Assembly (NCBI GenBank): GCA_035561095.1
Contig: DATMYE010000026.1
Coordinates: 7,917-71,916 of the forward strand
Direction of reading: 5' to 3'
Source of the DNA: Clostridia bacterium
GTDB lineage: Bacteria > Bacillota > Clostridia > Christensenellales > CAG-138
Length of the DNA stretch: 64,000 bases
Below the pieces are notes generated by a model, which was not told the DNA's origin, did not search any database, and was given only the letters and a program-made list of their open reading frames with translations. The translations under genes were made by a program, and so were the position numbers. Shown piece after piece: positions 17,943 through 25,764 of the stretch (position 1 is its first letter; each line of letters opens with the position of its first letter).

Positions 17943-19189
17943 TCGAGATGAGCGATCGCGCAAGAGAGTTGGTCTGGAGCGCGGAACGAACGTTGCAGGA
18001 GATGTTTCGCCGCGTGGACGCGGTGGAGATGGTCAATCAGCAGCGAGTGCTGGAGGCGTTCTGGGAAGAGCGCGTCAGCGCGCGGCATTTTGCGCCGACC
18101 ACTGGCTACGGCTATGACGACATCGGCAGAGATACGCTGGATCGCGTGTTTGCGCATGCGCTGATGGCGGAGAAAGCGCTCGTGCGCCCGCAGTTTGTCA
18201 ACGGCACGCATGCAATCTTCACGGCTCTTGCGGGTTTGGTCGAACCGGGTGATGGAATTCTCTCTATCACGGGCGAGCCGTATGATACGCTGCTGGAAGC
18301 CATCGGCGTCCGCGGCGATGCGCCGAATAGCCTCAAACGGCTGGGCGTTTCGTTTTCCTCGATTGAACTTGCGAAGAAAGGGAAAATCGATCTGGATGCC
18401 ATTCGTGCCTGCCAAGGCGCGAACGTGAAGATCGTCTACGCGCAGCGTTCACGCGGATACGCCTGGCGCGAAGCGATTACCATGGTGCAATTCAAGGAAG
18501 CGTTCGACGTTGTGCGCGAAAAGTTCCCCAATGCGATCATCCTCGTCGACAACTGCTACGGCGAATTCGTCGAGACAACGGAGCCTCTTGCGCAGGGCGC
18601 GGATGTAATTGCGGGATCGTTGATCAAGAATCCCGGCGGCGGACTTGCACCGACCGGCGGCTATATCGCAGGCAGGGAAGCGTGGATCGACCGCATTTCC
18701 CAGCGCATGACCGTTCCGGGCATGGGCGCAGAGGTCGGTTCCTATGCCGGAGATTACCGGTTGTTTTACCAGGGTTTGTTTCTCGCGCCGCATGTGACTG
18801 CGCAGTGCGTCAAAGGCGCGATGCTGTTTGCCAAAGCGTTTGAGCAGCTCAATCTGCTGACGATGCCGGTCTATGACGCGACGCGCTCGGATATCATTCA
18901 GGCGGTGCAGTTTCCGGATGCGGAGTCGCTCGTCGCCTTCTGCCGGAGCATACAAAAAGCGGCCCCGGTGGACAGTTTCGTGTCGCCGGAGCCGTGGGAT
19001 ATGCCGGGATATGAGGATCAGGTCGTGATGGCGGCCGGCGCATTCGTGCAGGGCGCAACCACCGAGCTCAGTGCGGACGGACCTATTCGCGCGCCGTATA
19101 CGGCGTATCTGCAGGGGTCTTTGACCTATGCGCATGCGCGCATCGCCTGTATGATGGCTTGCGACGAGCTGATTCGACAGGGATTCTGA
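17939..19189 (+). CDS. PLP-dependent methionine gamma-lyase-family protein (YnbB/aluminium-resistance type)
   Basis: Family pattern HFAPTTGYGYDDIGRDTLD...GSLIKNPGGGLAPTGGY. The ATG overlaps the miaA stop (ATGA). Confidence 0.8.
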   Translation: MIEMSDRARELVWSAERTLQEMFRRVDAVEMVNQQRVLEAFWEERVSARHFAPTTGYGYDDIGRDTLDRVFAHALMAEKALVRPQFVNGTHAIFTALAGLVEPGDGILSITGEPYDTLLEAIGVRGDAPNSLKRLGVSFSSIELAKKGKIDLDAIRACQGANVKIVYAQRSRGYAWREAITMVQFKEAFDVVREKFPNAIILVDNCYGEFVETTEPLAQGADVIAGSLIKNPGGGLAPTGGYIAGREAWIDRISQRMTVPGMGAEVGSYAGDYRLFYQGLFLAPHVTAQCVKGAMLFAKAFEQLNLLTMPVYDATRSDIIQAVQFPDAESLVAFCRSIQKAAPVDSFVSPEPWDMPGYEDQVVMAAGAFVQGATTELSADGPIRAPYTAYLQGSLTYAHARIACMMACDELIRQGF

Positions 19190-19192
19190 TGG

Positions 19193-19819
19193 TTAGATCG
19201 TGCGCAGAAGGCCGATGACTTTGCCCGAGATTTCGACCTCGTCATATGGCACGTAGATCGGCTCAAACAGATCGTTCTCCGGCTGGAGCCGGACGCGATC
19301 CTTCTCGCGGAAGAAGCGTTTGACCGTCGCGCTTTCACCGTGTACGCGGGCAACGACGATATCGCCGTTGGTGCAGTTGCAATTGTGGTTGACCACGAGG
19401 ATATCCCCATCGCGAATGCCGGCGTCCCGCATACTTTCGCCGTCAACGCGGAGCATGTAAACTTCCTCAGGCTCCTTGCCGTGCATCAGCACATCAGGCA
19501 GCGGAAATGCGTCTTCGATATTTTCCGCGGCGAGCATGGGAAGACCAGCCGCAACGCGGCCGACGAGCGGAACCGCATACTGCTTTTCTTCGCGCTCCGG
19601 TAAGAGGTCTGTGTTGATGAACACGGCGCGCTGCTTGGAAGAATCGCGCGTGATCAGGCCGCGTTTTTCTAAATTCCGCAGGTGCGTGTGCACCGTTGCC
19701 GTCGATTTAAGGCCAACCGCGGCGCAGATTTCCCGCACCGAAGGCGGATAGGCATGCTCCTCGGTGAATGAGATCATATAATCGAGAATCACCTGCTGGG
19801 GATCGGCTAGTTTCTTCAT
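19193..19819 (-). CDS. lexA: SOS repressor LexA
   Basis: Winged-helix N-terminus (PPSVREICAAVGLKSTATVHTHLRNLEKRGLI) and an S24 peptidase domain with GESM and VKRF. Confidence 0.95.
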   Translation of the reverse strand: MKKLADPQQVILDYMISFTEEHAYPPSVREICAAVGLKSTATVHTHLRNLEKRGLITRDSSKQRAVFINTDLLPEREEKQYAVPLVGRVAAGLPMLAAENIEDAFPLPDVLMHGKEPEEVYMLRVDGESMRDAGIRDGDILVVNHNCNCTNGDIVVARVHGESATVKRFFREKDRVRLQPENDLFEPIYVPYDEVEISGKVIGLLRTI

Positions 19820-19853
19820 GGTCAGTCAACAACCTCCGTTCGCGTGTCATGGC

Positions 19854-19882
19854 TTGACTTTGAATTGATTTTATCATATACT
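19854..19882 (+). promoter_or_regulatory. Promoter of the Cys-rich ORF divergent from lexA
   Basis: TTGACT-17 nt-TATACT. Confidence 0.65.
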
Positions 19883-19897
19883 GCAAAATATTGCAAA
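19868..19897 (-). promoter_or_regulatory. Candidate lexA promoter
   Basis: Minus strand TTTGCA-18 nt-TAAAAT. The -35 is embedded in the SOS box. Confidence 0.5.
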
Positions 19898-19907
19898 CAT
19901 ATGTTCG
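19894..19907. promoter_or_regulatory. LexA (Cheo/SOS) box
   Basis: CAAACATATGTTCG differs by one mismatch from the Firmicute palindrome CGAACATATGTTCG. Confidence 0.75.
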
Positions 19908-19925
19908 GAAGACTGGTGAATTTTT

Positions 19926-20255
19926 TTGAAACGTTGTGTTTTACAAGCTGATAAGGTTTGCAACGACTGTGGAACGTGCGACGACCGCTGCGAACTCGAT
20001 CCAAATAAGATTTGCGACAATTGCTTTCGTTGCCTCGACGAGGGGATAGAGGCATTTGCGCAGATTCCGATCTCCGGCGTGTTCCTCGATGATGACTTTG
20101 TGCCTGAGCAGGAAGCAGAGCCAGAGGAGGACGATCCGGATGACGGGTTTGTGCCGGATCTTTACGACGACTGGAAGGACGAGGACATCGTTCACGCGCA
20201 AACGCTGCCTATGACTTATGGCGCTCGCGTTCGCCGCGCACACCAAAGGCACTAA
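19926..20255 (+). CDS. Cys-rich (CX2CX2CX3C + CX2CX2C) small protein with acidic tail; putative SOS-regulated
   Basis: 109 codons from a TTG start, with GGTGA 6 nt upstream. Eight Cys lie in the first 36 aa, followed by an acidic stretch EQEAEPEEDDPDDGFVPDLYDDWKDED. There is no in-frame ATG near the 5' end. Confidence 0.55.
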   Translation: MKRCVLQADKVCNDCGTCDDRCELDPNKICDNCFRCLDEGIEAFAQIPISGVFLDDDFVPEQEAEPEEDDPDDGFVPDLYDDWKDEDIVHAQTLPMTYGARVRRAHQRH

Positions 20256-21298
20256 TCCTCGCGCAGTTTGATCTTTTTTGCCGCGATGCGTTTGTGCTCC
20301 TCGCTGGATGCGGCGTAATGCTTCCGCGTCGTGTTGACGTCCTTGTGGCCGAGCACATCCGCCACAAGATAGATGTCCTCTGTCTCGTGATAGAGCATGG
20401 TGCCGTAGGTGCTTCTGAGTTTATGCGGCGTGATCTTCTTGAGCGGCGTCGCAAGCTGCGCATACTTTTTGACCAGCAGCTCAACCGAGCGCACATTGAT
20501 TCGACGCAGCTGCATCGAGAGAAACAGCGCGCGTTCATGCCCCAGAAGGGGAGAGAGCTTCTCGCGAACCGCGTAGTAATCCGAGAGTGCGGTATGCACC
20601 TCGTCTCCAAAGTTGAGAATATCCTCGTTGCCGCCTTTGCGCGTGACGACGAACGCATTGTTGTCGAAGTCGATGTCGTTTAGATCGATGCCGACCAGCT
20701 CGCTGATGCGGATGCCTGTACCGAGAAAGAGCGTCAGGATTGCGACATCGCGAATCTTGGTCGTTTCGTGGTAGGCTTTCTGCCGGTCGGTGAGGCCTTC
20801 GCCGTTTTCCGCAAGGTCGAGTAAATCCGCGACTTCATTTGGCTCCAACCGGATGATCGCTTTTTCGTTGAGCTTCGGGATATCGACAAGCGCCGCCACG
20901 TTGGTCGGCAGATACTCCTGTTTGTGCAGGAACTTGAAGAACGAACGAAGCGACGAGAGCTTTCTCGCTTTTGCGCGCTCTTGATTGACCCATTCACGGT
21001 CGCCTTTCTGATAAAACGAGACCTCCGACAAATACAGCTCAATATGGTAAGCCTGAATCTTCTCAAAATCACCCGCGGTGAGGGAGGGGATGGCTTTTCC
21101 TATAAAGAGGTCCTCCTGCTGCGCGGCAAACTGGAAGAACCCGCGCAGGTCTACCGCGTAGGCGTAGCGCGTCAGAACGGAAGTCTGGCTGTCGACCGCG
21201 CGAAAAAATGTTCCGCAGAGCACGGGAAGCTCGGTGAGCAGCGCGCGGATTTTAAGCGTATAATCTTTATTGAGCGCTGCATGGTAGGAGTTTGCCAT
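20252..21298 (-). CDS. Tyrosine recombinase, Xer family (XerS-like length and architecture)
   Basis: 348 aa. Catalytic-region motifs GIRISE, HKLRSTYG, LGHKDVNTTRKHY. SD GAGG lies 9 nt upstream. Confidence 0.9.
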   Translation of the reverse strand: MANSYHAALNKDYTLKIRALLTELPVLCGTFFRAVDSQTSVLTRYAYAVDLRGFFQFAAQQEDLFIGKAIPSLTAGDFEKIQAYHIELYLSEVSFYQKGDREWVNQERAKARKLSSLRSFFKFLHKQEYLPTNVAALVDIPKLNEKAIIRLEPNEVADLLDLAENGEGLTDRQKAYHETTKIRDVAILTLFLGTGIRISELVGIDLNDIDFDNNAFVVTRKGGNEDILNFGDEVHTALSDYYAVREKLSPLLGHERALFLSMQLRRINVRSVELLVKKYAQLATPLKKITPHKLRSTYGTMLYHETEDIYLVADVLGHKDVNTTRKHYAASSEEHKRIAAKKIKLRED

Positions 21299-21346
21299 CG
21301 AAATTCGCCTCGATTTCGTCTAAAATCGCTGCCAATATCATATCAC

Positions 21347-21380
21347 AACTATTCGTTAAAGACAAGTTTAACGAATAGTT
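21347..21380. repeat. Perfect inverted repeat 14-6-14 upstream of the recombinase gene
   Basis: AACTATTCGTTAAA-gacaag-TTTAACGAATAGTT. It overlaps the best xer promoter on the minus strand (TTGTCT-17-TATGAT) and lies 21 nt after the rnhA stop. Confidence 0.9.
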
Positions 21381-21400
21381 AGTGGTCAAAATACATAGAA

Positions 21401-21859
21401 TCATGTATTTTGCGCAGCTGCAAGCGCTTGCTTGATGGCAAGACGCGCCAGCTCGTCACAGCGGTTATTGAATGGATTGTCCGAATGACCTTTGACTTTG
21501 ACGAACTCAAATGTGTGTATGTGCAGCGCGTCTAGTAACTCGCGCCACAAATCCTGATTTTCCACGTCGCGCTTGGAAGCCGTTTTCCAGCCGTTGGCCT
21601 TCCAGTTGTTCAGCCAGTTTTGATGAAATGCGTTACAGACGTACGCACTGTCGGTATGAATCTTGATCACGCATGAAACCTTCAGCGCGCGCACGGCTTC
21701 GATGACCGCGCGTAGCTCCATGCGGTTATTCGTCGTCTCCGGCTCAAAGCCGGACAACTCCTTCTTTTGCTCCTGATACATTAGAATCGCGCCCCATCCG
21801 CCCGGACCGGGATTGCCGGAGCATGCGCCGTCGGTATAGATCGTTACCTGTTTCTTCAT
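21401..21859 (-). CDS. rnhA: Ribonuclease HI
   Basis: YTDGACSGNPGPGGWG and TNNRMEL motifs. Confidence 0.93.
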   Translation of the reverse strand: MKKQVTIYTDGACSGNPGPGGWGAILMYQEQKKELSGFEPETTNNRMELRAVIEAVRALKVSCVIKIHTDSAYVCNAFHQNWLNNWKANGWKTASKRDVENQDLWRELLDALHIHTFEFVKVKGHSDNPFNNRCDELARLAIKQALAAAQNT

Positions 21860-21889
21860 CCCTACTCTTTTCGAATAATATATAATATA

Positions 21890-22702
21890 TTATTTACTCA
21901 TCTTCTCGGATTTCTCCCGGCAGGCGTCTACGGCCGCGATCACCGCGCCGCGGAGGCCTTTTTGCTCGAGCACTGCCACGGCTTCAATCGTCGTGCCGCC
22001 GGGCGAACACACGCGGTCTTTCAGTTCGCCGGGATGCACGCCTGTTTCGGACACCATCATTGCAGCGCCTTTCACCGTCTGCGCGGCAAGCTTGAGCGCG
22101 ATCGGCCGCGGTAAGCCTGCTTTCACGCCGCCGTCTGCCAGCGCTTCGATAAAGAGATAGACATATGCAGGCCCGCTGCCGCTGACCGCGGTGACCGCGT
22201 CCATGAGCTTGGGTTCCACGCTGATCACGTCGCCGACCGAGCCAAAAAGCGTCTCCGCAAATGCACGTTCTTCTGCCGTCAGCGTGTCGCCGGATTCAAA
22301 CACGATCATACCTTCGCCGATCATCGCCGGCGTATTCGGCATCACGCGCAGCACGCGCGCGGTGGCGGGAAGCGCGTTTTTGAGGCGCTCCCCTCCCCAC
22401 CCCGCCGCGATGGAAGCAACAGCCTTGTTTGCGAAGCGGTCAAATTGTTCCTCAAACAGATGCGCACATACGTTTGGTTTGACGGCGACGAGCAGCAGAT
22501 CGCTTTCGTCGATCAAGGAGCCGAGCGAGGAAGCGACCGACACGCCGAGGTCGCGCTCCAAAGTGCGGCACTTCTCGGTATCGGGATCAAACACGGCGGT
22601 CTGTTCGCCGGAAGCGTATCCACTGGTCAGGTATCCGCGAAGGATTGCCTCCCCCATGTTCCCCGCTCCGATGACGCCGAGACGAATTGTATTTGCACGC
22701 AT
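21890..22702 (-). CDS. proC: Pyrroline-5-carboxylate reductase
   Basis: GVIGAGNMGEAI NADP-binding site and a C-terminal SPGGTT motif. Confidence 0.93.
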   Translation of the reverse strand: MRANTIRLGVIGAGNMGEAILRGYLTSGYASGEQTAVFDPDTEKCRTLERDLGVSVASSLGSLIDESDLLLVAVKPNVCAHLFEEQFDRFANKAVASIAAGWGGERLKNALPATARVLRVMPNTPAMIGEGMIVFESGDTLTAEERAFAETLFGSVGDVISVEPKLMDAVTAVSGSGPAYVYLFIEALADGGVKAGLPRPIALKLAAQTVKGAAMMVSETGVHPGELKDRVCSPGGTTIEAVAVLEQKGLRGAVIAAVDACREKSEKMSK

Positions 22703-22780
22703 ATCGCATCTCTCCTTTTCGTTTGATTGATTATACCAAATCCCGTTGCTGTTTGCGCAGTTTTCTTGCGCAATCTTGCA

Positions 22781-25414
22781 TCAGGCGAGCGAGTCCATGC
22801 GCTCGCGGAGCTTCGCCAGCATCTCTTCCGCGGCGACGAGCTTGCCCTTTTCCTCGTCCACAACGCTCTGCGGCGCTTTGGCGAGAAAGCCTTCGTTTGT
22901 CAGCTTGGCGTTCGCACGCGAGATGTCTCCGCTGACGCGCTCGATCTCTTTCTGGATGCGTGCGCGCTCCTTCTCCGGATCGATCAAGGAGGACAGCGGA
23001 ATCACAGCCTCGATGCCATCGCAGACGATATGCACGTCGCTCTTGGGGATTTCGCCCGTCTCGGTGGAGACACTTGCGCCCTCCACGCCCGCGAGCTTCG
23101 CGAGATACCCGGTCATGCCGGCAAACGCCGTGGCGTCGGCCTTGTCCACGACCAGACGCGCACCGATTCTCTGCGCCGGCGGCACCTTCATCTCCGCGCG
23201 GAGGTTGCGGATCGAGCGGACGAGCTCCATCATGCGCTCCATGCGTTCGCAATCCGCGCTGTAGGCATTGAAGCGTTCGTCGACCTGCGGCCAGCTCGAA
23301 AGCATGATCGTGGGCTCGTCGGAGAGCTTAAGGAAGATCTCCTCGGTGATGAACGGCATAAACGGATGCAGCAGCTTCAGGCTCGTTTTGAGCACGTGGA
23401 TCAGCACGCCGCTGACGGCGGCCTTCGCCTGTGCGTCTTCGCCGTAGAGGCGGGATTTCGCGATCTCGATGTACCAGTCGCAGTATTCCGACCAGATGAA
23501 ATCGTAGATCTTCTGCGCGGACATACTAAGTTCATACCCGTCGAGGTTCTTCGTCACGTCGGAGATGATCTCGTTGAGGCGGCTGAGAATCCACTTGTCT
23601 GCGATCTCCAGCTGATCCTCCGGCGGGAGTTCGTTCGCGTCTTCATCCGCGCCCATGAGCACGAAGCGCGATGCATTGTACACCTTGTTGCAGAAGTTGC
23701 GCGCGGCTTCCACCTTTTCCCAATAGAAACGCATGTCGTTGCCCGCGCTTGTACCGGAGAGCAGTGAAAAACGCAGTGAGTCCGCACCGTGCTTTTCGAT
23801 TACGTCGAGCGGATCGACGCCGTTGCCAAGGGACTTGCTCATCTTTCTACCCTGACTGTCGCGCATGATGCCGTGGATATAGACCGTCTCAAACGGGCGC
23901 TCATGCATGACTTCATAGCCGAACACGATCATACGCGCGACCCAGAAGAAGATGATGTCGTAGCCTGTCACGAGCGTATTGGTGGGATAGAAATACTTCA
24001 GTTCCTCCGTCTGCTCGGGATATCCGAGCGTCGAGAACGGCCACATGCCGGAGCTGAACCACGTATCGAGCACGTCCTCATCCTGCCGCACAGGCGCGCC
24101 GCAGTCCGGGCATTTGTCCGGCGCTTCTTCCGAAACCACCATTTTGTCGCAAGCGTCGCAATAATACGCGGGAATCCGGTGACCCCACCAGAGCTGGCGG
24201 GAGATGCACCAATCGCGGATATTCTCCATCCAATTGAAGTACGTTTTTTCAAACCGTTCCGGCACGAACTTCACTTCGCCGCTTTTCACCGCTTCGATGG
24301 CGGGCGCTGCCAGCGGCTTCATGTCCACAAACCACTGCTTGGACACGATGGGTTCCACCGTGTTGTGGCAGCGATAGCAGGTGCCGACGTTGTGCGCGTA
24401 CGGCTCGATTTTGACGAGATGGCCGCTCTCCTCGAGCTCTTTTACGATTGCCTTGCGGCACTCGAAGCGCTCGAGTCCCACGAACTTGCCGCCGTTTTCG
24501 TTGATATAGCCCGCGTCGGTATAGACGCGCAGCACGGGCAGACCCTGACGCATGGCCACTTCAAAGTCGTTCGGGTCGTGCGCGGGCGTGATTTTCACGG
24601 CGCCCGTGCCGAACTCCATCTCGCAGTATTCGTCGCCCACGATGGGGATTTCGCGTCCCACGGCAGGAATGATCACTGTCTTGCCGATCAGGTGCTTGTA
24701 TCTCGGGTCTTCGGGGTTCACGGCCACGCCGGTGTCGCCCAGCATGGTCTCAGGGCGCGTGGTTGCCACCGTGATGGAGTAGCTTTTGTCCGGCGCGTCA
24801 TAGCGCACATGCCAGAGATGGCTGTGCTGCTCTTCATATTCCACCTCGGCGTCGGAGAGCGCGGTCTTGCAGTCCGGGCACCAGTTGATGATGCGGTCGC
24901 CGCGGTAGATCAGGCCCTTGTTGTAGAGGCTCACAAATACCTTGGTCACAGCCTTGCTGCACCCTTCGTCCATGGTGAAGCGCTCGCGCTCCCAGTCACA
25001 GGACGAGCCAAGGAAGCGAAGCTGCTTGACGATGGTCGAGCCGTACTCCGCGCGCCATTCCCAGGCGCGCTTCAAGAAGCCCTCGCGTCCGAGGTCTTTT
25101 TTCGTTAAGCCTTCCTTCGCCATCTGCTCCACGATCTTGACTTCGGTCGCAATCGAAGCATGGTCAGTGCCCGGCATCCAGAGCGTCTCAAAACCGCTCA
25201 TGCGCTTATAGCGAATCAGCACATCCTGCAGCGTCTCGTCGATGGCGTGACCCATGTGCAGCTTGCCTGTGATGTTGGGAGGCGGAATGACGATTGTATA
25301 CGGCGGCTTGCCGGTGTTCGGGCGCGCGTGGAAATAGCCGCGCTCTTCCCAGGTTTTGTAGAGCTTGCCTTCCACGTGTGCGTGGTCGTAGGTTTTGTCC
25401 ATTTCGGGGCGCAT
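22781..25414 (-). CDS. valS: Valine--tRNA ligase
   Basis: 877 aa, HIGH-type LHMGHA, KMSKS, C-terminal coiled coil. Confidence 0.97.
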   Translation of the reverse strand: MRPEMDKTYDHAHVEGKLYKTWEERGYFHARPNTGKPPYTIVIPPPNITGKLHMGHAIDETLQDVLIRYKRMSGFETLWMPGTDHASIATEVKIVEQMAKEGLTKKDLGREGFLKRAWEWRAEYGSTIVKQLRFLGSSCDWERERFTMDEGCSKAVTKVFVSLYNKGLIYRGDRIINWCPDCKTALSDAEVEYEEQHSHLWHVRYDAPDKSYSITVATTRPETMLGDTGVAVNPEDPRYKHLIGKTVIIPAVGREIPIVGDEYCEMEFGTGAVKITPAHDPNDFEVAMRQGLPVLRVYTDAGYINENGGKFVGLERFECRKAIVKELEESGHLVKIEPYAHNVGTCYRCHNTVEPIVSKQWFVDMKPLAAPAIEAVKSGEVKFVPERFEKTYFNWMENIRDWCISRQLWWGHRIPAYYCDACDKMVVSEEAPDKCPDCGAPVRQDEDVLDTWFSSGMWPFSTLGYPEQTEELKYFYPTNTLVTGYDIIFFWVARMIVFGYEVMHERPFETVYIHGIMRDSQGRKMSKSLGNGVDPLDVIEKHGADSLRFSLLSGTSAGNDMRFYWEKVEAARNFCNKVYNASRFVLMGADEDANELPPEDQLEIADKWILSRLNEIISDVTKNLDGYELSMSAQKIYDFIWSEYCDWYIEIAKSRLYGEDAQAKAAVSGVLIHVLKTSLKLLHPFMPFITEEIFLKLSDEPTIMLSSWPQVDERFNAYSADCERMERMMELVRSIRNLRAEMKVPPAQRIGARLVVDKADATAFAGMTGYLAKLAGVEGASVSTETGEIPKSDVHIVCDGIEAVIPLSSLIDPEKERARIQKEIERVSGDISRANAKLTNEGFLAKAPQSVVDEEKGKLVAAEEMLAKLRERMDSLA

Positions 25415-25726
25415 AAGTCGTACTCTCCCTATCCTTTTTCAAATCGAATCCGTAAAACAAATAAAAACGCCCGCTTCGCCAAAGGACGAAGCGGACGCTC
25501 GCGGTACCACCTTTGTTGAATACCGTGCCAACGGGCAGAGTATTCCTCTTGGTTTTCCGTAACGTGGACAAGACGGGAAACGCTACAGCAGCTGCCTCGC
25601 GTCTCCGGCTCCGATGCGACCTTCCGCGTTTTGATTCGCAAACCGCCTCACAGCATTTTGGCGGTCTCTCTGGTGCGACAAACTCGCGTACTCCTCATCT
25701 TCATAGCCGATACATTTGAATCGATT
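25415..25726 (-). promoter_or_regulatory. T-box riboswitch leader of valS
   Basis: Minus strand contains a K-turn-like AUGA..AGUA, an AGAGAG bulge and a candidate specifier GAAG-GUC-G (Val codon at 25618-25620). The T-box sequence AAAGGTGGTACCGCG is at 25500-25514. A 12-bp terminator stem GCGTCCGCTTCG/CGAAGCGGGCGT plus a T5 run lies at 25458-25499. Confidence 0.85.
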
Positions 25727-25732
25727 GACGTC

Positions 25733-25761
25733 AGTCTAGCGGAAATCGTGCGTTTTGTCAA
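25733..25761 (-). promoter_or_regulatory. Promoter of the valS leader
   Basis: Minus strand TTGACA-17 nt-TAGACT. Confidence 0.6.
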
Positions 25762-25764
25762 GCC

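Noticed and set aside
19928-19942. A second SOS-like sequence, GAAACGTTGTGTTTT, at the start of the Cys-rich ORF
   Set aside because: It matches GAAC-N4-GTTC poorly, because both half-sites are degenerate. It lies inside the coding sequence.
22727-25108. Several 170-440-aa ORFs on the plus strand opposite valS
   Set aside because: They are shadow ORFs of the valS gene, in which the HIGH and KMSKS motifs are present on the minus strand.
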